Both the position numbers and the translations under genes were made by a program. This document shows positions 28,701 through 40,430 of a stretch of 64,000 bases of DNA, piece after piece. Below the pieces are notes generated by a model. It worked only from the letters and a program-made list of their open reading frames with translations, ran no database searches and was not told the DNA's origin. How positions within the stretch are numbered: position 1 is the first letter of the stretch; each line of letters opens with the position of its first letter. The DNA comes from Kudoa neothunni (taxonomy: Eukaryota; Animalia; Cnidaria). Location of the stretch: positions 4,613,354-4,677,353 of the forward strand of contig OZ199838.1 in assembly GCA_964304625.1 (NCBI GenBank). The letters are read 5' to 3'.

Positions 28701-28985
28701 ATGCGATATTTCAATCTTGTCGCCACGCGCAGAGAAAAGACACATATAAGGACACTCCACTACATTCATACTATTATTGATAAGTTTTCCATTAATGAGG
28801 GTATGCGACGATCCTGTATCCACCAAGCCACTAAATGAATTTTCGGATCCTGGGCAAGCACAAGACACAATTAATCCCTGGGGCGTGCCTTCGTTTCGAA
28901 TATTAGTAGTCATGGCAATACTCTCTAATTTCGGTGAATTCGGGAGCGAGGCTCGAGAGTAGGCCTGCCCCCTTTTTCGTTTCCC
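25780..28985 (-). CDS. pol: Gypsy pol (aspartic protease, reverse transcriptase, RNase H, integrase); integrase region broken by single-base frameshifts
   Basis: DTGS, LRLCVDYRKLN, MPFGL, YLDD, CDAS, TDH and ADALSR, then H-x4-H...CDIC, VDFMG, (S)DQG and NGMAER. The frame is open from the slippery site at 28985-28979. Confidence 0.93.
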
Positions 28986-29665
28986 GACCGACTATAGCAT
29001 TTTTTTGCCATGTGCCCAACCTTTTGGCATATGTTACAGCGTATGAGGCCCTTACATTCGTGGCCAAAATGGTATCTACTACCACATTTATAACATTCCT
29101 GTTTGTTGGGTGGTCGAGTAGGATAAATTGGTTGTTTCACAGCATTTATGTATGGGGTCGTATCGGTTGCGTCTGTCGGATTTGCGTCAAGATACGCTTG
29201 GGCTTTCTCCACGAGTACCGCCATGTTTCCGGTGGATTCACTGTTCAATATGGGTTGGTACATTTTTGGCACTGTCTCAACAATTTTTGGTTTCAGGAAG
29301 AATATTATATCTTCCGCCGTCGCATTCGGTCTAGCCGCTTTTAGGCGAAGCAAAATTCGATTGGCAAATTCTTGGATTCTCTCTCCTGACTTTATTTTGT
29401 CGTTCAAGAAAATCGTCCACTGGTTTTGTATACTTGTGACACTTGCATAATATCCCTTTATCCTCCTCGTCAACGCTTCTACGGGACCCAATTCGAGTTT
29501 CTCTTGATCGGACGGCTTTAACATTGGACGTTGGTGGATAGGTATTGCTAGTAGCAGGAACGCGTAATGTTGTTCCGTCGTGTGGTTTTTTATGAGGGAT
29601 CTTGCCTCCAATTCCTCAAGTTGCACGTCGATCGGCATATCAAAATTAATTTCCTTGATTTTCAT
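28925..29665 (-). CDS. gag: Gypsy gag with two CCHC zinc knuckles
   Basis: First ATG at 29665. Knuckles CYKCGSRYHFGHEC and CNICQKVGHMAKKC, followed by SGN (G GGA AAC). Confidence 0.93.
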   Translation of the reverse strand: MKIKEINFDMPIDVQLEELEARSLIKNHTTEQHYAFLLLAIPIHQRPMLKPSDQEKLELGPVEALTRRIKGYYASVTSIQNQWTIFLNDKIKSGERIQEFANRILLRLKAARPNATAEDIIFFLKPKIVETVPKMYQPILNSESTGNMAVLVEKAQAYLDANPTDATDTTPYINAVKQPIYPTRPPNKQECYKCGSRYHFGHECKGLIRCNICQKVGHMAKKCYSRSGNEKGGRPTLEPRSRIHRN

Positions 29666-29690
29666 TTTCACTTGGACCTCTGACACCAAA

Positions 29691-29807
29691 TGTAACGCGG
29701 CAGCGACAAGCTATAGAAAACACGGTTCAACAAAACTAACCACGCCCCCGACGACGAACCTCGACCATAACATAAAGGTGATGATTAATTATATTAGGTT
29801 CACTACA
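29691..29807 (-). repeat. 5' LTR (117 bp)
   Basis: Followed on the minus strand by TT and the PBS. Confidence 0.97.
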
Positions 29808-31036
29808 CTCTGATACCAATAATTGAGAAAGAGGCTACAATCAGGTTCGAATCGACCATTCCCAAAGTTATTGTATTAATGGAGCACATTCGAATACTAT
29901 CGAATCTTGTTGGGGTCGGCTCAAACTTAAGATCCTTAAAATTAAGAGAGGTGTGAGTCGACTAAATTTCGATAATACCTACATGAAGAATGGTTCCGGT
30001 CTATTATGGGTGGGAAACTCAATTTATTTAACAACTATTTCAATATTATTGATAAATATTACCCAACTGAATAAACCGGCTGATTTTTTATGCAGTAAAA
30101 GCATAATAAATGTCTAAAGTTGATTGGAATAATTTTCTCAATCTAGCATCATAAATATATAGGGATATTAATGATTTTATATGTGGCGTGTAAAATCAAC
30201 TTTACCAAATATGAATTTTATAAATGAATATACTATGATATAATGAAAGTGTTAAAATATAATTATAAAAGAATAAAAAATATTCAAATCATTAAACTTT
30301 TAAAATGTTGTAATAGAATATATAATTCTATAAGCCTTATATTAACTGATTTAGTTACGCCTATGGTATATTTTTGAACGTTTTGTGAAAAAGGTGTATT
30401 ATTGTTAAATGATTTTTAACTTTATGCATAAACAAGAAACATTTGGAATGGATAGGAAAAGAAATTTCCACAAGATTTTAAATTTATTTGTTAAAATAAA
30501 ATAATATGTTTAGCTCGTTTCGTAAAATGTAAAATATTAGCTACTTTTTGGCAGAAAATTGTCTATACAAAAATTTTAAACTAAAAAAACCAAAATTCTT
30601 TTGTTACATTACTTATAAACTTCGATTTTTCCATTTTAAATCTGTGTATTGTGATAATTTCCAAAATAAAATGATTCAATTTTTAATTGATTAAAACGGC
30701 AAATAAGTAGATTCCACATATTTTAAAAATCATTTTTCAATAATTAAAGAGGATAAGTTAACAAAAACATTAATTTAAATTGGTTAAAACAAGAAAACAA
30801 TATCTAATGTGGTATCATAAGGAAGATTAATATAACATTTAAAGGATTATGGACGATTTCAGGTAACATTAGAAACAAAAAAATGATTTATATTTGTATG
30901 CTGCAACTTTTTAGAGTGAATGAACTTAATATACGAAAAAATCGGCCGAAAAAAATTACGACATCATGCCGAATTTTGGTGGCCGGTAGGTACACCATTA
31001 CCCCTTAGGGTCCCTAGGTAAGCGAAATTATTCATA

Positions 31037-32109
31037 TCTATCTACTATTACAATGTTCTAAAAAATCTCTAAATCGTTTCCACTCTTCCAAATGTTCCTA
31101 AAAGTGTTTAGAAAATGGTGATTTTATCGATTCAACGTTTGTTTATCGGATTACTTGAGTTCAACAATAGGATTAACATCTGCTTATTATCTGATAGTGA
31201 TCGGTTGAAGTTAATTTTCCCCTTTTTATGCTTTATCAATTTTAAATTAATCGATATCATCTGGCTTTGTATATAATGTTGGCGTTTCTATTTAAGTGCT
31301 TTCACAGATTTGGCCATTATTCGTGTAGTTTTAATGTACTTGACTTGATAAACACATTCTGAAGGTTCTATTAATCGTTTTAGATATGATAAAAATCTAT
31401 ACACGTTTAATGAATAACTGTTTGGTGGAGAACGTTAAAATCATATTGACTGAAGCATTTTAATGGAAATACTGCGTCCATAAATTTCATTGAAATCGTC
31501 CGCTAAGTTTAACTTTTCGTGATTAAATTCTAAGCAGATGGTTGTACTTTTATTTCACCCAATTGTTTAAATTGTTTATGTTGATGGTTACGCGATTTGT
31601 GGCTGTTTATGGGAAAAAATGCGTTAAGCTCTTGCCGGGCCAATCAATGTTAATTTTAGCATTATCAATTAATTTTCATACATTTTCTTCTATCTCTATT
31701 ACTTTTTCTATTTTTTTCTCTTAAAAAGTTAGTGGTGCATGTAGTTTCCGAGCCGGGACAGAATTCGACTTTTAAAAATCCTCTGGGCCAAAAAATAACG
31801 TTTTAGGTGACACTTTAACGAGATTTAAATAACTCGAGAATGAAAAAAATTCGACGATGACCTTAAAGTATTTAGCGTCGGTGCGGAGACATGGAATTTT
31901 TAAATGAACGCCGGGATTAGAACACTCCTTCAAAGAAATGATCATAATTTAAATTTCATAATCCAAATCGTTAAAGTATATTGCTGAAAACTTCTTAATT
32001 ATATTATTTCTAGGGATTAATTCGAAATTTCAATATATTTTTCGAATGCTATTAAATAACGTATCTAGGCGAAATCTTCCCCAAACAACGCTGGGAAATT
32101 CCCCCCTAG
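31037..32109 (+). mobile_element. Non-autonomous Helitron
   Basis: 5' A|TCTATCTACTA, sub-terminal hairpin CCCAAACAACGCTGGG and 3' CTAG|T. Homologous to 35697-36968. Confidence 0.75.
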
Positions 32110-32362
32110 TATTATAATATATTAAGAGCTGTCTCCATTTCATTGCATACTTCTTCCTTCAACATTAAATTTTAGGTTCGCCTCATCATATGAAGGTGGT
32201 GCAAAGAGCGTTTCGTGATTTATAGGTGTTACAAACCTAATTTTAAATGGACAAGTGCTGCCGTTACGCCTAATAATTGGATACTTTTAATTTAAAAAAT
32301 GAAAAATTGTACGATAAAAATAATAAATAAATAAAATAGGCGAAATTGTTGAGGTAGTTAAA

Positions 32363-32806
32363 TCAACATTTAGTGATTCTACCCTTGTAGCAGGCGGAGT
32401 TGTTTTTGGTTTCTTGAACTAAAACCTTGTGTAGATATGGTTTGATTCTCTCAAATTTCTCCAACTGTTTCCATATGTAGATAGCTAGGTTTTCCATTGT
32501 GCTTGGCCTCTCTTTAAAATATTCCACATCCACATCTATATTCTTGTGGTCGAGCTTTGATATGAATGCATCGTTCATTACTTGTGATAGTTCAATCATA
32601 TTAAGCAGAAAACCAGTTTGGGGGCCGAGTGCACCTCTCAGCGTCACAACCACTACGAAATTGTGACCGTGGCCATTTTTCCAATTACATTTTCCATAGA
32701 TTCGCTGATTTTCCTCGTTACTTAGTTGTTTAGCTTGGAGTCGATGACTGCTACAAAAGGTGCATTTTTTTGACACCGTTATCTCAGCACGTCCTTCGGA
32801 TTCCAT
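32363..32806 (-). CDS. PTS: 6-pyruvoyl-tetrahydropterin synthase (eukaryotic type), intronless
   Basis: F.SSHRL, EEN..IYGKCN..NGHGHN, LDHKNID.DV.YF, STMENLA.YIW and QET.NN...Y.G. The catalytic Cys, Zn-binding His residues and C-terminal Glu are present. Confidence 0.96.
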   Translation of the reverse strand: MESEGRAEITVSKKCTFCSSHRLQAKQLSNEENQRIYGKCNWKNGHGHNFVVVVTLRGALGPQTGFLLNMIELSQVMNDAFISKLDHKNIDVDVEYFKERPSTMENLAIYIWKQLEKFERIKPYLHKVLVQETKNNSACYKGRITKC

Positions 32807-35696
32807 TTAATACGAATGGGAGTGGAGTCAAAGTTTACTCCAGGGTCCAACCTCGCACACTTTCGCAAGCACTCTTTCCAGTTAAACCCATTTTTCATTT
32901 CTTTGCCTGTTTTGATATGCTGATGATTAGACAAATCTTTTCGTCAGAAATAATTTACTTAACAACGATAATTTTTATACATATAATTTAAGGCATAATC
33001 CTAATATTAAGAATATAGTTGTGAAATAGTTTTATTATTTATATAATATTTTATATTTCTGCATGTAATCACTGGAGAATAGAAAAATTTAAAATTCTTC
33101 TTTATTAAATAAATTAATGAGTTTAGTATATGTGTGTCATAATTTTAATTATTTACGTAAATAAAAATAATTCGTCCAAAATATTTTTTCTCAATAATTG
33201 ATTTTTCTCCATTTAACAATTATCATATAAGTCATTAGGCTTTTATATAAACCGAAAAAGATATTTGTGGGTTTGATACGCCTCATAAACGTCATTATAA
33301 ATGAGTACAATTTTTTAATTTTATGCATCATACAAAAAATAAAAAACTAGGTATCAAACTTTTATCATTACATAAATGTAAATTCTGAAACTAAACATTA
33401 TTTTTTCAATACACTTACATTTACATTTAACGGTTTAATGTAGATTTATTTTACTCTTGTTTTATTTCTTTCGTTTTCCGTTAATTATTAATTCTATGTT
33501 CCGAGTCTTAATTTATTCAAAAAACGTTATTTAAATACACGTTATGTTTTGGTGGTTTATTAAACGGACTAATAAGATAGATAAACAAAATTTTTTGATT
33601 ATTTCTTTATTTTATAAATAATTGTCATTTTGAATTGTTGTAAATATTAAAATATAGTATCCTGATTAAAACACATTATCGTAAACGTAATTTTATATCA
33701 ATGGAAATAATTTATATTTGTTGATGTACAATACTTAAAAATTAAGATATATTCTAAAACGTCCCCCCCCCCCCAAATAAAACATCTTGTATATTAAAAT
33801 TTAAGAAACAACATGACGAAATGCGTTGTTGAAAATTTATTGATAAGAGTTTTGATAAATTGGATAAAACAACTATTTAACTTAAAGGCAATGACCAAAG
33901 AAAACGAAAACCTCAACTCTAAATTATATCATACTTATTCATTAGCAAACATAGTTATAATTAAAAGTTAATTCACACCTTTAACATGCGTTCTTAATAA
34001 TTTTTATATGAAAAAAATTTGATTTCAAGTTTATGAGATTTACTTCGTAATTAGCATTGGCTATTATCTGCTTTTTATATTATATTATCGCGTTATAAAT
34101 TGGACAATTAATATTATTTTGGACTTTAAATTACCAACTAAAAATATCCCATGATTTATTAATTTTATACATCTCGACAATACTCAAAATTAGATAAACA
34201 TGAAAATTTTATTTGAACCGAAAATTGTGAGGGATAATCAATTAAAAGCCTCAGATATGGGTGATGGGGTAAAGGCGGCCATTTATATCTACCAACTTTC
34301 CTCAAGTCACTAACAAAACTGAACCTTAATTCATTAATTGAATTTATGTTGACAATATTCATATTACGAATAAAATCAATATAATAATAACAACGAAACA
34401 TTAGTAAGAAACTTCAACGGATTTGTATATTGCGGAATTTACCATTATCTTTTCGGTAAATATTAAAAAGCTCTGAAAAATTAAAAACGATAAAAAACAA
34501 TCGGCTACCGTGTAGAAATACAGTAATAGATCGGTTGTACGTAATCCGCTTGGGAATGGGAAAATGGTACGTACTACCGGATCCGGCCGCATGGAACGTA
34601 CTTTGTCGCGCAACCACACAATAATATTAAAACACAAAATTAGTTGTAACTTAAATATTACTAAAAATACAGTTAATTTTTTAGTTTAAATTTACGATTT
34701 AAAACTGAATAAGCATCCAAAATAAAATCAAATATTATCTCCCACTTTTTTGAGCCATGACGTTTAAAATAATCGCCGAGCTCTTCTAAATAAAATAGAG
34801 CACTGGCTATTCTTACGGTAAGGAATATTTTCTAGAATAGCTAAGATATTACAAAACTGATTTCATGAATGTGTTAAGCTATTTTTATTTCCTCATTTAT
34901 ACAAAATTTATTAAATTAATTTCTTATTAAAAATTTCTGATGAGTATGATCCTTTAATCATCCTATGTTCATTGAATTCATTTGAAATGCACTTATTCGT
35001 AAATACGCAAGCGGTAAAACGTGTTTAAAGGATAAAAATGACGTTTTCCATACTAGTAATAAGCTCAGGGGTTTAGTTATGAACCATGTGCGCCATACCT
35101 TCTAGCCGACCAAAGTAACCTTGTCTAATACGCCCGAAACGTCATTTTAAATGCTGCGAAGTTGTTGATTTTTAAAGAAATATCTGAATTTATTTCTTTG
35201 TTTTCATTTAAAATTGATATATTTTATGCATAATAAATTTAGAAGAAATAGTTACATTTTCTAATTCTCGAATTTTGAGAATAGGTGACTATTTTTTATC
35301 TAGCAATGAGATTTTTGTTCAAAATTTAATCTATAAAGTTTTAAAATAATTTTATTCCTTAAACCAAGTTTTTTTAAATAGAACTGGGAAAGGTTTGCAC
35401 TGTACCAACCACAGCAATGTATAATGAAAAAAATTTATCTACATTGATAATCAACGCATAGAATTGATAAAGTGGTGAAATTTAAAAATCGAATTCGCTT
35501 TGAAATTTTAATAGGATACTGAAAAATTCACATATGCTTTGAATGTTAGCGTTACGTTCAATAGAGTATAGCGGCAATTTATGAGATCCACGCCTAGAAG
35601 AAATCACAAATCAATAAGTTGCCATAAATAATCATGGTAAGGAATGGAAATCTCAATTTAACAATAATAATTCATTTATCTACAAAAATTTTGACA

Positions 35697-36968
35697 TCTA
35701 TCTACTATACATATAAACTGAAACGTCCGTGTGTGTGTCGGCAAGTACGCATGTGAGTCAAAATTTTTTCCTTATAGAGAGACATTTATGAATTTTTTTA
35801 AAGTCACAATGTTTAAAAGATCTTTAAATCGTTTCTACACTACCAAATTTTCCCAGAAGTGTTTAGAAAATGGTGATTTTGTTGATTCAAAGTTTGTTTA
35901 TCGGATTACTTGAGTTCAGCAATAGGATTAACACTTGTTTATGACCTGCTGATGGTCGGTTGAGGATAATTTTCTCCTTTATATGCTTTATCTAATTTAA
36001 ATTAAGCGATATCATCTGACTTTTTATGTAGTGTTTGCATGTATATTTGGGTGGTTGCACAATTTCACTCTTTATTTGTGGAGTTTTAACGTATATGACC
36101 TGATAAGTATATTTTAAAAGTTCTATTACTGGTTTTCGATGCAAAAACGAGTCTATATTGTTATGTGTGTGGCGCACGCGCGGCAACAACGACTAGTTAG
36201 TTATCGATAGTAGTGCGTTTGTTTGAAATATAGTCTCTTTTATCAGCACTCTTAACATATATTTGTTTCATTAATAGCAAATTAGTTGTGTATGCGATCA
36301 TCAGGTAGGTTGAAATTTATAGCATAAGCACCATGTCCGTGGACTCCATTGAAATCGTCCGCTAGGTTTGACTTTCCGTGATCAAACTCAAAGCATATAG
36401 TTGTACTCTTATTTCATCTAATTTTATAAATCATTTATGCTGATATTGAAGCTATTTTTAGCTGTTTGTTTGGGAAAAATGCACCAATGTTTTTGCCGGG
36501 CCAATCAATGTTAATTTTAGCATTATCAATTAATTTTCATACATTTTCTTCTATCTCTATTACTTTTTCTATTTTTTTCTCTTAAAAAGTTAGTGGTGCA
36601 TGTAGTTTCCGAGCCGGGACAGAATTCGACTTTTAAAAATCCTCCGGACCAAAAAATAACGTTCTAGGTAACACTCTAATGGGATTTAAATAATTCGGGA
36701 ATGAAAAAATACGACGCTGACCTTAACTTATTCAGCGTTGTTGCCGAGCCACGAAATTTTTAAATGAACGTCGGGATTGGAACACTCCCTCAAAGAAATG
36801 ATCATAATTTTAATTTCATAATCCAAATCGTTAAAGTATATTGCTTAAAAATTTTTAGTTATTTCGTTTCTACGAGTTAATTCGAAACTTCAATATGTTT
36901 TTTCAATGCAATTAAAAAACGTTTCTAGGCGAAATCTTCCCCAAGCAACGATGGGCAGTTCCCGCTAG
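35697..36968 (+). mobile_element. Non-autonomous Helitron with two successive 3' termini (36196 and 36968)
   Basis: 5' A|TCTATCTACTATACATATAAA..GTCCGTGTGTG. Internal GC-rich stretch plus CTAG|T at 36196, and a final hairpin CCCAAGCAACGATGGG plus CTAG|T. Confidence 0.75.
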
Positions 36969-37099
36969 TATTCAATAATTTTTCATTATTTCTTTAAAGA
37001 AGGTACTAAATTTGATGTCTTTATTTTTTTACGGTACATATAATCCGATATGATGTCATATAATGACTCTTCATTTTAATTTGCAATGCTCCGGTACCC

Positions 37100-37500
37100 T
37101 CTTTTAAAACCTCCCTACCTATGGAGATTTTATTTGTACGTACGCCAATACCAAAAAAACGAATATTTGTGGCAAACTGTATCATGACAAAATCATACAT
37201 TATTCAGACGATTGTAACCCCTTTATTTTACTGCCAGATTATAGAATTCTCTTCCGCATTATTAAGAACAATTTTTCCATGGGCAGAATTGCCTCTTCTC
37301 TTGGGATTTTTGAAAAAACATTCATCTTACTCATCTAATTCACCAATAATTCAATATATTTCCGTTTATCGTCCCAGTTTCATTGATCTGGACAACGACA
37401 TTTCCACCGCCAATTTTTTACGCTCATCCATAATCTTCAACGTAAGAATATTTCTCAACAATTCAGTTCAATCATTTATAGTTTTTTGAGAAAAGAATTC
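37100..37500 (-). pseudogene. Merlin/ISXO2-like transposase fragment
   Basis: The minus strand encodes KIGGGNVVVQINET (compare KIGG.G.IVEIDE) and FFGIGVRTN (compare WVFG..ER). Confidence 0.6.
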
Positions 37501-38039
37501 CGACATGCTTTTGTATATCATCGCAGACAACCTTAATAAGGTGAATTTTTACGAGGAAAAATACAAATAGTTTTCATTTCGACAGTTTGGAATGCCGATA
37601 AATTGGGCCAACTCGTAAATTTTGATTTATTAAGCAATAAGGATAAGGATATCGGAAAAAACAGATCTTGACATCTTTTATTTCATACAAGAAGCATCAT
37701 TGTCCCACATATTCATTTTCCTCTGATGAAATCAGACCAAGATACTGCAAAATTTTAATAGTATAAATTGTACCTATCATAAAAAATGCAAAATTCGTCA
37801 TACTGATGGGATCATTATTTTTTAAACTAAAATTTATCACCACGTCCCTCTCCCCCCATTTTCCGAGTGCGCTACGCTGATTCCCGAGTACATCCCCGTT
37901 ATGTAAAGAATAGCCAAATTTTTAATATCCTGGCTTTTATTTTTCAGATATTGACTTAAAATATTTTAGTGAATATTATTTTTCATTTACTGTAATCATA
38001 CCATGCACGATTTTATCAACCGTACATACAAATCAAATA

Positions 38040-39692
38040 CAGCAGGTAACCGGTTTCACGCACTTCTTCAGGGACCAGGAAGAAAGTGCGTAAAATTGGT
38101 CAAGCCCGGTTATACATCACGCTAGTGAGCTCGCATCAACGTGAAATTTATTTGTTATTCAATATTGGAAGATAAACATGTTTAAATGAAAAATCGAATA
38201 AATTATGTTTGAGAGAATCTTAAATATCGACTCGTCCGCTGCATTAAAAATAATTTTTGTCTATTATCATGGATCCTAAAAAATGATTTTAATTCCTTCA
38301 AATGCTCCGAAGCTTTTTTGCAGGTAATAATGTTGTTTCTGGGGAATTCTTCCACATTGTGTGTCCCATCCGTATCAGATTGTTCTGCATCATCAGCAAT
38401 AAAATCTCAAAAAATATAATTAAAATAAAATTATCAAATATCTTACTGATGTCTATTATTAGATCATTTTTGTCGGAAAAGTCAAAATCGTTATAATTGA
38501 GAGCTACGTATGATTCCTCTTCTTTTATCATTTCGGTTATTTCATTTTCAATCAAATCGCCAGCAACTTTTTCATCATTATCGACTAATAAATCATCCTG
38601 AGTTGAGGCAGATCTTAACGATGAAAGTCCTTCTTTTATGAAACAATTTGTGATTGTATTTTTAGAAACGCTCTCCCAGGCGGTTTTAATTAATCCCACA
38701 TCTTCTAAAATGTTTGGAGGAGTTAGCTCTATTCCCATTTCAGCACAACAAATGAATCGTTCTATCATCGACGTTTTGTAGCATGATTTAAAGATATGGA
38801 TGACGCCCTGATCTAGCGACTGCAAAACGCTAGTGGTGTTTTGGGGGGAAAATATTAATTTTGCGTTAGAAAAATCTTTTTGTCTTGTTTAATAAAGTCA
38901 TCATTAATTTTCAAAATGTATCTCAAGAAAATATCCTGAGTCATCCAAGCCTTTTTGTTGGATTCGAATCAAAACGGTAACTTCTTAATATTCTTGAAAC
39001 AACGTGATTTTTTAGTCCTTCTCATGTTGTTCTCGGATGAATGAATATAACTGTTACCTGAAGAACCATTACAGAATAAATTGAGAAGTATTTGCCACGC
39101 TGTTGTTGATATAACAAACACGTCTGATCAATGTTGTAAATGCAATCCTCTGAATATCCATTACAAAGTGCTCCAATTTTACACATCCATCCTGCTGTAG
39201 TTTTGGGATCAACGTTGCCAAATTCACCGTGAAAATTAACATTTTTAATATTATATCTTTTTTCAGAGCAACTAAACCATCTATGCGTTACAGTTTATGG
39301 AAAATTTTGACAGTATTTTCTCTCATTTTTAAAATTCTTTTGAGAGTCGTAATTGAGAACAATTAAAAATGTTTGGTGGTAGCGGCTTTCGCATCTTTTT
39401 GCGATAAATTATCATAATACTTAATTATATTATATTAATCTGTTAAAGTTCGAATTCTCTGTGCTTTTCTAATCATTAAAATAAAAAAATAACACAATTA
39501 TCAACAAACTCAACTCCAAAAAAGTGCGTGGAACCGGCAATCACGTGACATTTGTGTACGTTATTTCACAGCTTTACAATTTTATTTTTCAATAAAAACT
39601 GATATAATTGCGTATAAAAATTATTATTGAATCAAAATTTCATCTCAGTCAAAATAAATAGCTTTTAAAAAGTGCGTGAAACCGGTTACCTA
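38040..39692 (-). mobile_element. Tigger/pogo DNA transposon, defective, copy 1
   Basis: TIRs CAG(C/T)AGGTAACCGGTTTCACGCACTT at both ends, TA at the 38038 end. DDE_1 motif FSPQNTTSVLQSLDQGVI..FK..Y and KAWMT; CENP-B HTH remnant. Confidence 0.9.
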
Positions 39693-40430
39693 CAGGCGTC
39701 CAAATCTTAGGGTTTTTTTCTTATTCACAAATTTGTGGACTATTGAATGCTTTGAGATCAGTTAAAAATAATAAGTTTTAGAATTAGGTAGAATAATCAT
39801 ATTTAACGTTTTAGTAATGGAGAGAAATAAAATTATTCTTATTATTCTGTGATTGTATTTGGGTATTTCAACGCTGTCTTAGAATTTTATAGTTTTTGTA
39901 ATAACATATTTTTAAGTTATTGGCGTATATTATTTTAAATTATGCGTGAAATTTCAAAAGTAACTCAAAAAGAGCGTGGGATAATATGTGCACCGATTAA
40001 GAGTGGTTAAAAGTAGATTTAAAAGATTGGCTTGATCAAGACGCTAAGGATAGAAATTCCAGCTATTGCAAATGTTGGACAAGATTTGTCGTCAATGAAC
40101 ACAGTAAAAACTAAATAATGCAACTCATCAAAGGCTGAAACTGTAAAATGTAAACTTCTGGCAAAGCGGTTGATCAGAAGAAATAATAATACGTGTTTGA
40201 CGTCGTATCCAATAAATAAACTAATACATGATGTGAGCAGCGGTGTTATGAGACAGTGATACCTTGAGTGTTTGATAAATCGATCACCTTCCTAACTTAG
40301 GGTTGTGAAGATGATGAAGACGATTCGATTGACGACAATAATTAGAAAACGAGTTTAAAATAAAAATTTTTTGTTATTTTAATAATATTATTGCGTTTTC
40401 TTTGCGACCTTGGGTTTTTTGAGAGTTCTA
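39693..40430 (+). mobile_element. hAT non-autonomous derivative carrying a C-terminal dimerisation-domain remnant
   Basis: Starts CAGGCGTCCAA. Encodes AIANVGQDLSSMNTVKTK..S.KAETVK, which resembles the hAT A.VER.FS.MN.IKTK.RN.L motif. Paralogue at 50840-51217. Confidence 0.5.

Larger units (their letters stand above)
25622..29807 (-). mobile_element. Full-length Ty3/Gypsy LTR retrotransposon (4186 bp)
   Basis: TG..CA LTRs, 5-bp TSD CTCTG (25617-25621, 29808-29812), PBS TGGTGTCAGA (tRNA-Leu-like 3' end), PPT AAAAAGGGGGGAG and domain order gag-PR-RT-RH-IN. Confidence 0.98.
24526..31002 (+). mobile_element. Merlin (IS1595/ISXO2-like) DNA transposon, degenerate, interrupted by a Gypsy LTR element
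   Basis: Long TIRs starting GGTAATGGTGTAC(T/C)TACCGGCCACCAAAATTCGG at both ends. Transposase motifs KFGGEGYVIKIDES..HYKRKNNRG (~25170) and LIPIIEK / GAHSNTIESCWGRLK (29810-29930) resume after the LTR insertion. No TSD seen. Confidence 0.88.

Noticed and set aside
26310-29813. Plus-strand ORFs over the Gypsy element and CWC15 (also 23758-24422)
   Set aside because: Antisense shadows of real coding sequence.
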